DNA of 31,690 bases from Promethearchaeota archaeon (GCA_048938895.1 JBHLLU010000024.1:34275-65964); one strand, 5' to 3'; counted from the first letter of the stretch, positions 19,520 to 29,141 are shown. Notes: a model not told the origin generated them from the letters alone. Numbers and translations: made by a program.

Positions 19520-21211
19520 ATGAGCTTTAAAAATCGTATTTCACCTGAAATTAGAAGGAGATCCCTAAAAGATATATTAAGCAAAAGGAATTTTGTAAGA
19601 GTTATAGAAGTCCATAATGGTTTAAGTGCGATAATAGCTAACAATATTAAAGAGCAGAGGGAAGATGAAGTTTTAGAATTTGATGCTTTATGGGAGAGTA
19701 GCTTAACAGATAGTGCTGCAAAAGGATATCCTGATGCTGAAATAATTGGACCAGAGTCAAGGTATGAAACTATACGCCAAATATTACAAAGTTCAAATAA
19801 ACCGTTGATAGTAGACGGAGATACTGGTGGTGAAGCAACCAATTTTGAATTTTTTGTTAAAAATCTAGAAGATCTAGGGGTTTCGATGGTTATAATTGAA
19901 GATAAAGTATTTCCCAAAAGAAATAGCTTAGAACCAGGCGCTAACCAAACTCAAGAGGATCCTGACATATTTGCGACGAAAATTAAAAGAGGTAAAAGTG
20001 TTTTATTTTCAAAAGATTTTCTAATAGCTGCAAGAATTGAAAGTCTTATTTCAGGTGCAGGATTAGAAGATGCAATCCTTAGAGCAAGAAAATATTTGTT
20101 AGCTGAAGCGGATGCTATAATGATTCATTCTAAAGATTCTAATCCTGAGGATGTTCTTAATTTTGCTGTTAAATATGATAAATTAAGCTCTGAGATTGGT
20201 TTTAGAAAACCTTTGATTTGTGTACCAACAACTTATAATACAATTAAGGAAGAAGATTTAAGAAAGAGTGGTTTTAATATAGTTATTTATGCCAATCACC
20301 TGCTAAGATCAAGCCATAAAGCCATGGTTGAAACCGCTTCCTTAATATTAAGGAATCAGAGAGGATTTGAAGCAGAACCCATGTGTAGCCCTGTAAAAAC
20401 CATTTTTCAAGATGTTGGATTCTTAGAAGTAAAGGAAAAAGATAAAATATACGCTAAGAGTAAACATCATGTTATAATTCCTGCTGCCGGTGTAGAATCT
20501 ATTTTTGATCACCCTAAATCCATTTTAGAAATAAAAGGAAAAACAATAATTCAAAGGCAATTAGAGATTCTTAATAGCTGTGGAATATATGATGTTGTGG
20601 TTATAAGGGGATTTAAGAAAGAGCTTCTCAACATTCCGGGAGTTAAATATATTGATAACGAACACTACGAAGATTATGGGCTTCTCTATTCCTTATTTAG
20701 AGCAGAAAAGGAAATGGAAGGAGGATTTATTTATATTAATTCAGATATCCTTTTTGATTCTCAGATTATTAATTCTTTGTTAGAAACTAGAAGAGATATT
20801 GTATTAGTTGTTGATAATTCCTATACTTATCATAAACATGAAATAGATAAAAGATTGGATTTAGTAATGACTTCAAAAAAACCCACTAATCAACAGAGAT
20901 TTCTTTATTCTAGGGATAATGAAATAATAAGAATTGGTAAGAATATTGATAAAAATATGGCAGATTATGAATATATAGGAATTGCCTACTTCTCTGAATA
21001 TGGTGTAGAGATAATCAAGCAAATATATCAAGAGTGTACTACAAATAAAAAAGAATGTTTTCATGCTATATCTATAGAGAAAGCAACTTTCAATGATTTT
21101 ATTCAAGAAATTATAGATCGAGGTTTTAAAGTCCACACATTGGAGATTCATAAAGGATGGTTAGAGATTCATAACAAAAAAGATGTTGATTTAGCTGAAA
21201 AGCTACTCTAA
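19520..21211 (+). CDS. pepM: Phosphoenolpyruvate mutase fused to C-terminal nucleotidyltransferase (LicC/PntC-like) domain
   Basis: EVHNGLSA, WESSLTDSAAKGYPD, DGDTGG, PEP-mutase signature EDKVFPKRNS (19898-19927), ARIESLI, IMIHS, VPTTY, IYANHLLRS. From aa ~316: VIIPAAG...PKS...SDILF...GWLEI. Confidence 0.95.
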   Translation: MSFKNRISPEIRRRSLKDILSKRNFVRVIEVHNGLSAIIANNIKEQREDEVLEFDALWESSLTDSAAKGYPDAEIIGPESRYETIRQILQSSNKPLIVDGDTGGEATNFEFFVKNLEDLGVSMVIIEDKVFPKRNSLEPGANQTQEDPDIFATKIKRGKSVLFSKDFLIAARIESLISGAGLEDAILRARKYLLAEADAIMIHSKDSNPEDVLNFAVKYDKLSSEIGFRKPLICVPTTYNTIKEEDLRKSGFNIVIYANHLLRSSHKAMVETASLILRNQRGFEAEPMCSPVKTIFQDVGFLEVKEKDKIYAKSKHHVIIPAAGVESIFDHPKSILEIKGKTIIQRQLEILNSCGIYDVVVIRGFKKELLNIPGVKYIDNEHYEDYGLLYSLFRAEKEMEGGFIYINSDILFDSQIINSLLETRRDIVLVVDNSYTYHKHEIDKRLDLVMTSKKPTNQQRFLYSRDNEIIRIGKNIDKNMADYEYIGIAYFSEYGVEIIKQIYQECTTNKKECFHAISIEKATFNDFIQEIIDRGFKVHTLEIHKGWLEIHNKKDVDLAEKLL

Positions 21212-21238
21212 AGTTTTATTTAAAAGTGATTAAAAAAG

Positions 21239-22375
21239 ATGATTGAATCTTTGGGTGTTGGTTCTATCCAGAACCTACAACGCATTTTAAAAAGCATTAA
21301 TTCTAAGAGAGTATTTTTTATCACAGGAAATTCTTCTTTAGAGAAACCAAATATTAAGAAAGTTAAATCCATAATTAGAAAAGAATGTGAAATTTACCAT
21401 TTTGATGAAATTTCCTCAATCCCCTCTATTGAAGGTGTAAAAATTGCTTTAAATTCATTTAGGAAAAGTAATAGTGATGTTATTGTTGCGATGGGGGGAG
21501 GATCAGTATTAGACATAGGAAAGAGTGTATCGATATTTTCTACCAATAAAGGAAATATCGAGGATTATCTTTTTAAGAAAATTTCGTTTAGAAAGAAGGG
21601 AATTCCATTAATTTTAATACCAAGCACGGCTGGTACAGGAAGTGAAGCAACTCATTTTGCTGTAATTTTCAAAGAAAAAACAAAATATTCGTTGGCTGAT
21701 GAGAAATTTATGCGAGCCGATTATATCATTGTAGATCCTGAATTAACATATAGCCTTCCAAAGAGGATAACCGCTTATACCGGTATGGATGCATTTTGTC
21801 AAGGAATAGAATCATTTTGGAATATAAATTCTACAGACGAATCAAAAGAATATGCAAAGAAAGCAATTAGGCTGATAATGAATAACATAGAAAAAGCAGT
21901 TAACTCCCCCGATGAAGAATCTAGATATAATATGGCTATTGGAGCTAATTATGCAGGCAAGGCAATAAATATAACAAAGACAACAGCCGCTCATGCAATT
22001 TCTTATCCTATTACATCATATTTCAATGTACCTCACGGTCTTGCTGTAGCGTTAACTATATCCTCTATGATATTCTTTAATGCAGGTGTAAATAAGAATG
22101 ACGTGTTGGACCCTCGTGGACTTGAATATGTAAAAAAAATCATGGATGAAGTAAAATTACTAATCGGTGCTCGTACCTTTATTGAGGCTCAAGAAATTGT
22201 CAATAATTTGATTAAAAAAATCGGTTTAGAACTAAAGTTATCAGAATTAGGAATATCAAGCCAAAGTGATTTGGAAATTATTGTAAAGAATGGGTTTAAT
22301 CCTGAAAGGGTAAAAAATAATCCAAGATTATTAACAGAACCTCAATTAAGAGAAATTTTAGAGGGAATTAAATGA
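21239..22375 (+). CDS. Phosphonoacetaldehyde reductase (group III Fe-dependent alcohol dehydrogenase, PhpC/FomC-like)
   Basis: GGGSVLDIGK, IPSTAGTGSEATHFAV, GMDAFCQGIESFW, GKAINITKTTAAHAISYPIT, HGLAVA, RVKNNP. Located between pepM and ppd. Confidence 0.88.
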   Translation: MIESLGVGSIQNLQRILKSINSKRVFFITGNSSLEKPNIKKVKSIIRKECEIYHFDEISSIPSIEGVKIALNSFRKSNSDVIVAMGGGSVLDIGKSVSIFSTNKGNIEDYLFKKISFRKKGIPLILIPSTAGTGSEATHFAVIFKEKTKYSLADEKFMRADYIIVDPELTYSLPKRITAYTGMDAFCQGIESFWNINSTDESKEYAKKAIRLIMNNIEKAVNSPDEESRYNMAIGANYAGKAINITKTTAAHAISYPITSYFNVPHGLAVALTISSMIFFNAGVNKNDVLDPRGLEYVKKIMDEVKLLIGARTFIEAQEIVNNLIKKIGLELKLSELGISSQSDLEIIVKNGFNPERVKNNPRLLTEPQLREILEGIK

Positions 22376-23088
22376 AAGTTATAATATTAAATGCTGGAAT
22401 TGGTAAAAGGTTGGCACCATTAACGAATAATCTTCCGAAATGTTTGGTCAAAATAGATGAAAGAAATACCATCTTAGATCATCAATTAAAGATTATAACT
22501 AAGGTTGGTTTTACAGATTTCATAATTCCAACGGGTCCATTTGAGAATAAAATAAAAAAACATATTAAAAATAACTATCCATTCATTAAAATCCAATATG
22601 TTAACAATCCAATTTATGATAAATCTAATTACATATATTCTTTATACCTGGCTAAAAAAATAGTTGACGATGATATTTTATTTTTGCATGGAGATTTAAT
22701 ATTTTCTGAAAAATTAGTAAAATTAATACTTGATTCAAAGGAAATAGATTGTGTCTTGGTAAACAAGGAGATACCACCTCCAGAAAAAGATTTTAAAGCC
22801 ATAATTATAGATGAAAGAATAGAAAAAATTGGTGTGAATCTAACTGGGAGTAATGCGGCTTTCTTAGCTCCGTTATATAAACTATCAATAGGATTTATGG
22901 AACAATGGTTTAAAAGAATTGAAGAGTTTATTAAAAAGGGTAAAGTAAATTGTTATGCTGAAGATGCTTTAAATGAATTATTAGGCGATCTTATCTTAAA
23001 ACCCTGTTATTTTGATGAATTTTGTGTTGAGATTGATGATCATGAAGATTTAGAAAGAGTAAAGAATTATATATCTAAACTTAAATAA
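22372..23088 (+). CDS. Phosphocholine/phosphonate cytidylyltransferase family protein (LicC/PntC-like)
   Basis: IILNAGIGKRLAPLTNNLPKCL, NPIYDKSNYIYSL, LHGDLIF, EIDDHEDL. ATGA overlap with the upstream gene. Confidence 0.85.
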   Translation: MKVIILNAGIGKRLAPLTNNLPKCLVKIDERNTILDHQLKIITKVGFTDFIIPTGPFENKIKKHIKNNYPFIKIQYVNNPIYDKSNYIYSLYLAKKIVDDDILFLHGDLIFSEKLVKLILDSKEIDCVLVNKEIPPPEKDFKAIIIDERIEKIGVNLTGSNAAFLAPLYKLSIGFMEQWFKRIEEFIKKGKVNCYAEDALNELLGDLILKPCYFDEFCVEIDDHEDLERVKNYISKLK

Positions 23089-23105
23089 ATAAAGAACTTT
23101 ATTAG

Positions 23106-24242
23106 ATGAAAATGATTTCTTGCGAAGATTTTATTTCTATTTTGAATAGATATGACTTTGGATTTTTTACAGGAATCCCAGATTCAACGTTTAAAGATTT
23201 GATGAAATTCTTAAGTGAAAATGATTCCGAAAACCTTAATAATATTATCACGTGTAATGAATGCGAAGCTATCGCTTTAGCTTCAGGTTATCATCTTGCG
23301 ACAAATAAAGTCGGAATTGTGTACATGCAAAATTCAGGGCTTGGAAAAGCCGTTAATCCTCTTACTTCATTATGTGATCCTGAGGTTTACTCTATACCAA
23401 TTTTACTATTAATTGGATGGCGTGGAGAACCAGGTAAACCAGATGCGCCCCAGCACAAAAAAATGGGGAAAATTACCTTACCATTATTAGATACACTTCA
23501 GATACCTTATATTCTTATGAAAGATGATTTGGATAGTATTGAAACTGGAATACAACAAGCAAAAAAATATTGTTTTGAAAAAAAGGGACCTTATGCTTTT
23601 GTATTTCCTCGTAATTTCTTCAAAGAGTATGAAATGAAAGAAAAACGATTAAATAATTATTCATTAACTTCGAGTGAAGCAATTCATCTAATTATGGATA
23701 ACCTTACCAATAATGAAATAATTGTATCCACTACTGGTTATATTTCCAGGAAATTATTTGAATATAGAGAAACAAGGAATCTTGAGCATGGCAAAAGCTT
23801 TTACAATATTGGTTCGATGGGTTGTGCTAGCTCAATAGGATTGGGTATAGCCCTTCAAAAACCAAATAAGAGAGTAATAATTTTTGATGGAGATGGTGCT
23901 GCAATTATGCAATTGGGAGCATTTTCTACAATTGGAAAAAATGCACCCCCGAATTTTGTACATATAATATTTGATAATGAAGCTCACGAATCCACTGGGG
24001 GTCAACCTACCTCCTCTTCAATAATAAATTTTACACAGATTGCTGATGCATGCAATTATAAATTAACTTGTTTAATAAAAACTCAAAAAGAATTGTTGAG
24101 TTGTATAGAAGAAATTAAATCTGCTAAAGGTCCAATCCTAATCCATATAAAAATAAATTTCTTAGATAATACAAGATTAAAAAGACCAGATAGGCTTCCC
24201 AAAGAGTATAAAGAAGAACTAATGGATATACTAAAGCTTTAA
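23106..24242 (+). CDS. aepY: Phosphonopyruvate decarboxylase
   Basis: FFTGIPDS, NECEAIALASGYHLAT, YMQNSGLGKAVNPLTSL, IGWRGEPGKPDAPQH, VSTTG..SR.LFE, GSMGCASS, ThDP motif DGDGAAIMQLG...FDNEAHESTGGQPT. Confidence 0.93.
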   Translation: MKMISCEDFISILNRYDFGFFTGIPDSTFKDLMKFLSENDSENLNNIITCNECEAIALASGYHLATNKVGIVYMQNSGLGKAVNPLTSLCDPEVYSIPILLLIGWRGEPGKPDAPQHKKMGKITLPLLDTLQIPYILMKDDLDSIETGIQQAKKYCFEKKGPYAFVFPRNFFKEYEMKEKRLNNYSLTSSEAIHLIMDNLTNNEIIVSTTGYISRKLFEYRETRNLEHGKSFYNIGSMGCASSIGLGIALQKPNKRVIIFDGDGAAIMQLGAFSTIGKNAPPNFVHIIFDNEAHESTGGQPTSSSIINFTQIADACNYKLTCLIKTQKELLSCIEEIKSAKGPILIHIKINFLDNTRLKRPDRLPKEYKEELMDILKL

Positions 24243-24351
24243 TAGGGGTAAATTCATTTACCTAGCTTATAATTTCAATTTTATTAATATTTTTATAGGA
24301 TATGAGATTTTTATGATTAATTTTAAGTTTGAATTCAAATAAAGAAAATTA

Positions 24352-26637
24352 ATGATTAAAATGAAACAAAGAGTAAATAAAATTCTTTTTTACATTCATT
24401 TTAGAATTCATATATTAATTTTCTTAGTTTCTCTAATATCTCTTATATTTGTCTTTTTAAAATTGATTGATTTTAATAAAATTATTGGAATCGAAAATGT
24501 AAAGGGTTTAAATTTATTTTTCCAAACACTAGTTATTCCAAGTTCCATCTATGTGATATTGTTTCTACCAACTTACCCTATCTTTTTTTTACTATTAAAA
24601 AAAAGCGATTTTACCTTCCTGGAAAAATTAAGTCTAACAATCGTTATCAATTCTGTTTTTTATATTTTTTTAGGATATATTGGATATTGTTTGGGCATCG
24701 AACTATCAAAATATTATTTTTTTTTTAGCATAACTATCTTTTTTTTGATTATAATTAGCGTAATTATTCTTATTGATTGGAAAAAGGCAGATCAAAATAT
24801 ACTTAAGTCAAAAAGACTATTTCATGATATAACCGGGAAATCAAAACAATTTTCACTTATTAGGTATATTAAAAATACACTGAACCTGAACGGAATCTTT
24901 CTCTTCATATTTATTTTCTTCATTTGTATTCTTAATATTGTTAAATACTCAATTTTTGTAGGAACGGATCCCTGGCTTCACATTTTTAATAGCCAAATTA
25001 TTACAAAAGAGAATTTTCTCTATCTTAAAGGATATCATGGTACATTGGGTATTAGTATTTTCGGTGCTGTCATTAACTTCTTTTCAGGAATAGGTCATGT
25101 TTTAATTCCTAAATATTTTGTATTTTATACCTATTTTCTCTCAGGTATATTGTTTTATAATATCTCTTTGAGAATTTTTAGAAATAAAAATTTAGCCATT
25201 TTTAGTGTATTTATTCTTGAATTTTCCTCTTTGGGATTTTCGAACATGATGCTTCAATACTGGCCTTCAGGGTCAGCTCTAATTAAATGTTTAGCAGTTT
25301 TTCTTCTGCTTTATAAGAGGTTACAAGGTTTTCTTAAAGTGGAACGCCCTTCAAAGGAAGATGTTTTTAGAAATATTACTTTGTATTATAGTCTTATTAC
25401 AATCATCTTTGTAAGTGCTGTATTGACTCATGTAATTACATCTCTTATATTTTTGTTCTCATTTCTTTGGTTGTATCTTATTTATTTTCTAAGAGATTAT
25501 AAACGAGGTATTGATTTTATCTTTCTCTGTGGCTTAACTGGTTTGTTCCTATTGTTGAACATTTTCGGGATCGGAAGTGGTCATTATTGGTTTTTTACAT
25601 CTTTAAATTTCTCTTGGTATATCTTAATCTTAATTGGCATAGGTGGGTGTTGCGCTGGTTTTATTTTTTTATGGAGAATACAAAAATCGATAATTTTTAC
25701 AAAGGGACGGTATAAATCAGCTATTTCGGGTGAAAAAAACAGATTTCTTAAAAAGATAGAAGATCGAGCAATAATTCCTCTCATTTTTAGCTTTTTAATG
25801 ATATTAGCTCTCTGTTTATTAATTGTGAATCTTATATGGATGGAGATTGGAATTACTAATATATTCTATGTACTAGAAATTATAATGTTAAGTTCCTTTG
25901 CTATTTGGGGTTTAATTTTATTTCAAAAAAAGCCTAGAGGAAAGCCATTATTTATTTGGGCTATGGGTTTACTTCTACTATTAGGAGGAGGTTTTGTATT
26001 TAATATTTTAATACTGAATAATATGATATGGCAGAGAATTCTCTATCTTATTCCTCCTATCACTGTAATTGGATTTAGTTCATATATCTATAAAATTATT
26101 AAATTAAAAAAAATAAGAACGTTTCAAATGAAGTTTGTAATTCTTTTTATAATTATATTTTCTCTTTTTTCTTCATTTTTCTATCAATCGGTTAGTTTTA
26201 ACGTCTTTACGCTGAAAAAAAGAAATGTAAGCTCAATCCAATGGTATGCCAATAATGCAAAGGACAAAAATGTATTAATCACTGAATTCGGTTGGAATCA
26301 TGTTTTTAGATATTACGGCTATATTTATAATAATTCGAATAGTACTCTTCTCTATGAAGGTAATTTCATTAAACTAAAATATGAAACTGATTTATTTCCC
26401 CCTTCAAATCATTTTTTTGATAATGGGACAAATATTTTACAACAAATTAAAAAAAATTATGGTACTGATGTATATATAATTTTTGAAGATACATATATTA
26501 TAAATAAAGGATTTGACCTCTTTGGTCAATTATCAAAAGAAGAAGAAGAAGAATACTATAATCTCGACTATTTAAATAAAGTTTGTTCTTCAAAAACTAA
26601 GAGGGGTGCAGAATCCCCTATATTTTGGGTCATCTAA
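24352..26637 (+). CDS. Polytopic integral membrane protein, possible GT-C-fold glycosyl/substituent transferase
   Basis: About 15 or more hydrophobic segments, loop motif GTDPWLH (24961-24981), 'LTH..T', 'WQRILY', and a soluble C-terminal domain (SSIQWY...VLITEFGW). This is the layout of GT-C-like proteins; the function is inferred. Confidence 0.55.
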   Translation: MIKMKQRVNKILFYIHFRIHILIFLVSLISLIFVFLKLIDFNKIIGIENVKGLNLFFQTLVIPSSIYVILFLPTYPIFFLLLKKSDFTFLEKLSLTIVINSVFYIFLGYIGYCLGIELSKYYFFFSITIFFLIIISVIILIDWKKADQNILKSKRLFHDITGKSKQFSLIRYIKNTLNLNGIFLFIFIFFICILNIVKYSIFVGTDPWLHIFNSQIITKENFLYLKGYHGTLGISIFGAVINFFSGIGHVLIPKYFVFYTYFLSGILFYNISLRIFRNKNLAIFSVFILEFSSLGFSNMMLQYWPSGSALIKCLAVFLLLYKRLQGFLKVERPSKEDVFRNITLYYSLITIIFVSAVLTHVITSLIFLFSFLWLYLIYFLRDYKRGIDFIFLCGLTGLFLLLNIFGIGSGHYWFFTSLNFSWYILILIGIGGCCAGFIFLWRIQKSIIFTKGRYKSAISGEKNRFLKKIEDRAIIPLIFSFLMILALCLLIVNLIWMEIGITNIFYVLEIIMLSSFAIWGLILFQKKPRGKPLFIWAMGLLLLLGGGFVFNILILNNMIWQRILYLIPPITVIGFSSYIYKIIKLKKIRTFQMKFVILFIIIFSLFSSFFYQSVSFNVFTLKKRNVSSIQWYANNAKDKNVLITEFGWNHVFRYYGYIYNNSNSTLLYEGNFIKLKYETDLFPPSNHFFDNGTNILQQIKKNYGTDVYIIFEDTYIINKGFDLFGQLSKEEEEEYYNLDYLNKVCSSKTKRGAESPIFWVI

Positions 26638-26660
26638 AATATTAAAAGAAGATTTCATTC

Positions 26661-26698
26661 ATCTCAAAAAACATTTAAGTTTTAGCTCTTTTTGAGAT
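26661..26698. promoter_or_regulatory. Perfect 10-bp inverted repeat flanking a TATA-like element
   Basis: ATCTCAAAAA-(18 nt: ACATTTAAGTTTTAGCTC)-TTTTTGAGAT in the intergenic gap upstream of the second sulfotransferase. Confidence 0.4.
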
Positions 26699-26731
26699 TT
26701 AGAACAATGAAAAAAGAATTTTAAAATTAAT

Positions 26732-27634
26732 ATGTCAAAGTCAGTATTTGTTATCGGTATTCAGAGATCTGGTACAACTTGGTTAGCAAACCTACTTTGC
26801 AACCATAGTAAAATTGTAGGAGTTCAACGAGAGCCTTTTGGAATACTTGAAAGTGCCTATTTTAGTCATGTCGATAATTTCTTTGGAAACCTCAGAAGAA
26901 ATCATAACTTCATCCAATTTGTTGAAACATATGCAAGTTCAGATTATTTTAGAGCAACTGGACTCGATAAGGACCTTTTATATAAAAATAGGCCAAAAAC
27001 TTATAGTCAAGCATTTAAACTTATTATGGATACTCTCGCAGAAAAGCATAATGCAGATTATTGGCTAGAAAAATCACCAGCTCATTCACTATATCTAAGA
27101 AAAATATCGATATATTTCCCTGATGCTAAATTTATTAGGATAAAAAGAAATCTCTATGACGTGATTACATCTGCGATTAGAAAAACTCATATTAAAAACA
27201 AACTTATGAAGAAAATCTATATTTTAATTAGACTTATTCAATATCGTAAATATGAATCATATATAAAGAAATTTGAATCTCAGACAAACCGCTTGTTAAT
27301 GCTTAGCTATGAATCAGTGCGAAAGAATATTGAAAATAATATGAATGACATTTGCAAATTCTTAGGAATCAACTTTGAACCAAATATGTTAAAAACTGAT
27401 TATAAACCGAATACCAGTTTTGAGAGTTTCGTTAATACTACGGAAAGGAAGACTGTATTAACTAATTCTGAAAGAAAATTAATCAAAATGCTAAATACTA
27501 TCTTAAAAGTCATCCCATTTAATATATATAGGATAATTTTCTATTTTCAAGTAAATGTGCGAAAAAAAGGATTCCCTAGGTGGTTTTGGATGTATTATGA
27601 GAAAGACAAATTTCAAAAGATAATAATTAAATAA
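26732..27634 (+). CDS. PAPS-dependent sulfotransferase (sulfotransferase_3-like)
   Basis: VFVIGIQRSGTTWLANLL..H, WLEKSPAH, FPDAKFIRIKRNLYDVITS, LSYE, ICKFLGINFEPNML. Confidence 0.88.
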   Translation: MSKSVFVIGIQRSGTTWLANLLCNHSKIVGVQREPFGILESAYFSHVDNFFGNLRRNHNFIQFVETYASSDYFRATGLDKDLLYKNRPKTYSQAFKLIMDTLAEKHNADYWLEKSPAHSLYLRKISIYFPDAKFIRIKRNLYDVITSAIRKTHIKNKLMKKIYILIRLIQYRKYESYIKKFESQTNRLLMLSYESVRKNIENNMNDICKFLGINFEPNMLKTDYKPNTSFESFVNTTERKTVLTNSERKLIKMLNTILKVIPFNIYRIIFYFQVNVRKKGFPRWFWMYYEKDKFQKIIIK

Positions 27635-27699
27635 CATCTTTTACCTTAAAGGAATTATAAAGGGATTTTGTAATAAAAAGAGATTTTCTGACATCTCAC

Positions 27700-28497
27700 C
27701 TATTTAAAAATCTCATAGTTGCCCGGAAATACATCATCTAATTTTTGCTGTAAAATCTGTTTCTTATTCCCTTCGATTTTAATTAATTTAGGTAATTTAC
27801 CTGTGTGACCAACTTTATCTTTTCTACATATAAAGGCTCCAATGACTCCATCAATATCATCAGCAGTGTCTAAACCTCTTTTTATGGATCTTTCAATATC
27901 CATACCCTTCACTGAATTTGCTACTTTAGTTGCTGCAGCGTCTGCCAAAGCTGCGGTTTTAGTAAAAATAGTGACTGCATCAGCTTCCCCAAAGCTAATA
28001 GCATGTCCTATTGTTGCAGAACTTGTTCCGATACCAATCGGACAATCTTTCTTTTCTATTCTAAATCCAATATTTAGGTTTAATTTATTATTTCCTGCAT
28101 AAAGAGCAATGTTCATAGGCTTGATGGAATCTATAGCAATTTCACCGCCATTTTCAACTAAGGCAACCTTAGCCTCTATAAAATCTGCATTTTCCTTATT
28201 TGATCTTGTTTTCATAGTTTCTAACATCAAGTCAACTAGAGCCCCCGCAACAGCCGCCATAGGGCCCACATCACAAATATATGCTACTTCTGACATTATT
28301 TTGATTACCTCTATATCTGAATCTTGTTTGATAGGAGAAAGGGAGGTTAAAAATTGAGTGTTTTTAATAACATATTTCTCCAAATTTCCCCGATGCAGAT
28401 AAAAACTTTTTTTAGCAGCTAAAATTGCCTTTTTGGACTCTGAAATAATTGTTATATCTGATTCTTTTTCTGAAAAATGTGTTTTATATATTTTCAA
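27700..28497 (-). CDS. UPF0280 family protein (ApbE-like)
   Basis: VGPMAAVAGA, VENGGEIA, GIGTSSATIGHAISFGEADAVTI, ALADAAATKVAN. Confidence 0.9.
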   Translation of the reverse strand: MKIYKTHFSEKESDITIISESKKAILAAKKSFYLHRGNLEKYVIKNTQFLTSLSPIKQDSDIEVIKIMSEVAYICDVGPMAAVAGALVDLMLETMKTRSNKENADFIEAKVALVENGGEIAIDSIKPMNIALYAGNNKLNLNIGFRIEKKDCPIGIGTSSATIGHAISFGEADAVTIFTKTAALADAAATKVANSVKGMDIERSIKRGLDTADDIDGVIGAFICRKDKVGHTGKLPKLIKIEGNKKQILQQKLDDVFPGNYEIFK

Positions 28498-28609
28498 TAT
28501 TAGTTTCTTTCTAATTCATATATTTCTAAGTAATATAATGAGTCTAATAACAAAATAAATATAAATAACTAGGTTTTTATTATTTAATGAAATAGATTAA
28601 TTCGATATT

Positions 28610-29101
28610 ATGAGTAACATTAATTACGAAGAAATTATCTCACAATTGAAATCAGAATTAAATGCTGAATGTGCAATAGCAAATAAATACGGGATTATTT
28701 TAGGAACAAAGATTAAAGAATTTTCTAAGGGAAAAGTAATACCCCAAAAAATACTTTCCTTGATTTCAAGTTCTAAAGAAATTGCCCAAGAATTAAATTT
28801 AGAAAAGATAAATTCCTTTGCTATTGAAGCTCAAGAAAATCATTATCTTTTTTCATATACTGAAAAATTAATATTAATTTCAAAATTGGATCTAAATGTT
28901 AATTTGGCAAAATTTATGCCAAGTATAAGCATTTTTTTAAACAAACTAAGCGAAAGTTCTGAGGAAGGAGAGATTAAAGAATTCTCCATCTTTAATTTTT
29001 CCAAAGAATTATCAAAAATCGAGGATACACTGAAACAGGAAGAAATTAAAAAAGAAAAATATTCAATTATAAAAGATCTAGTTAAACACGTTTCAAATTA
29101 A
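28610..29101 (+). CDS. Roadblock/LC7-like domain protein with C-terminal helical tail
   Basis: Helix followed by 'CAIANKYGIILGT' hairpin, helix (IAQELNLEKINSFAIE), three strands and a helix, matching the roadblock alpha-beta-beta-alpha-beta-beta-beta-alpha pattern. Directly upstream of a small-GTPase gene. Confidence 0.55.
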   Translation: MSNINYEEIISQLKSELNAECAIANKYGIILGTKIKEFSKGKVIPQKILSLISSSKEIAQELNLEKINSFAIEAQENHYLFSYTEKLILISKLDLNVNLAKFMPSISIFLNKLSESSEEGEIKEFSIFNFSKELSKIEDTLKQEEIKKEKYSIIKDLVKHVSN

Positions 29102-29141
29102 TTAAAAAATGGGATTATTTAAAATTCATAGGTGATTCATC

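Noticed and set aside
19520-20460. Isocitrate lyase / methylisocitrate lyase alternative for pepM
   Set aside because: It has the PEP-mutase EDKxxxxxNS motif rather than KKCGH, and it neighbours ppd.
23106-24242. Sulfopyruvate decarboxylase (ComDE, coenzyme M) alternative
   Set aside because: The WRGEPG..D.PQH and STTG..SR.LFE motifs and the operon with pepM favour phosphonopyruvate decarboxylase. No other com genes are present.
19520-24242. Methylphosphonate or phosphonate-antibiotic pathway
   Set aside because: No MpnS/HepD, radical SAM, ATP-grasp or NRPS genes in the window; the context is glycan biosynthesis. Genes elsewhere in the genome cannot be excluded.
29133-29135. Selenocysteine codon interpretation of the in-frame TGA
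   Set aside because: No redox-motif context and no SECIS recognised; the TGA is more simply explained as part of an AGGTGA SD sequence.
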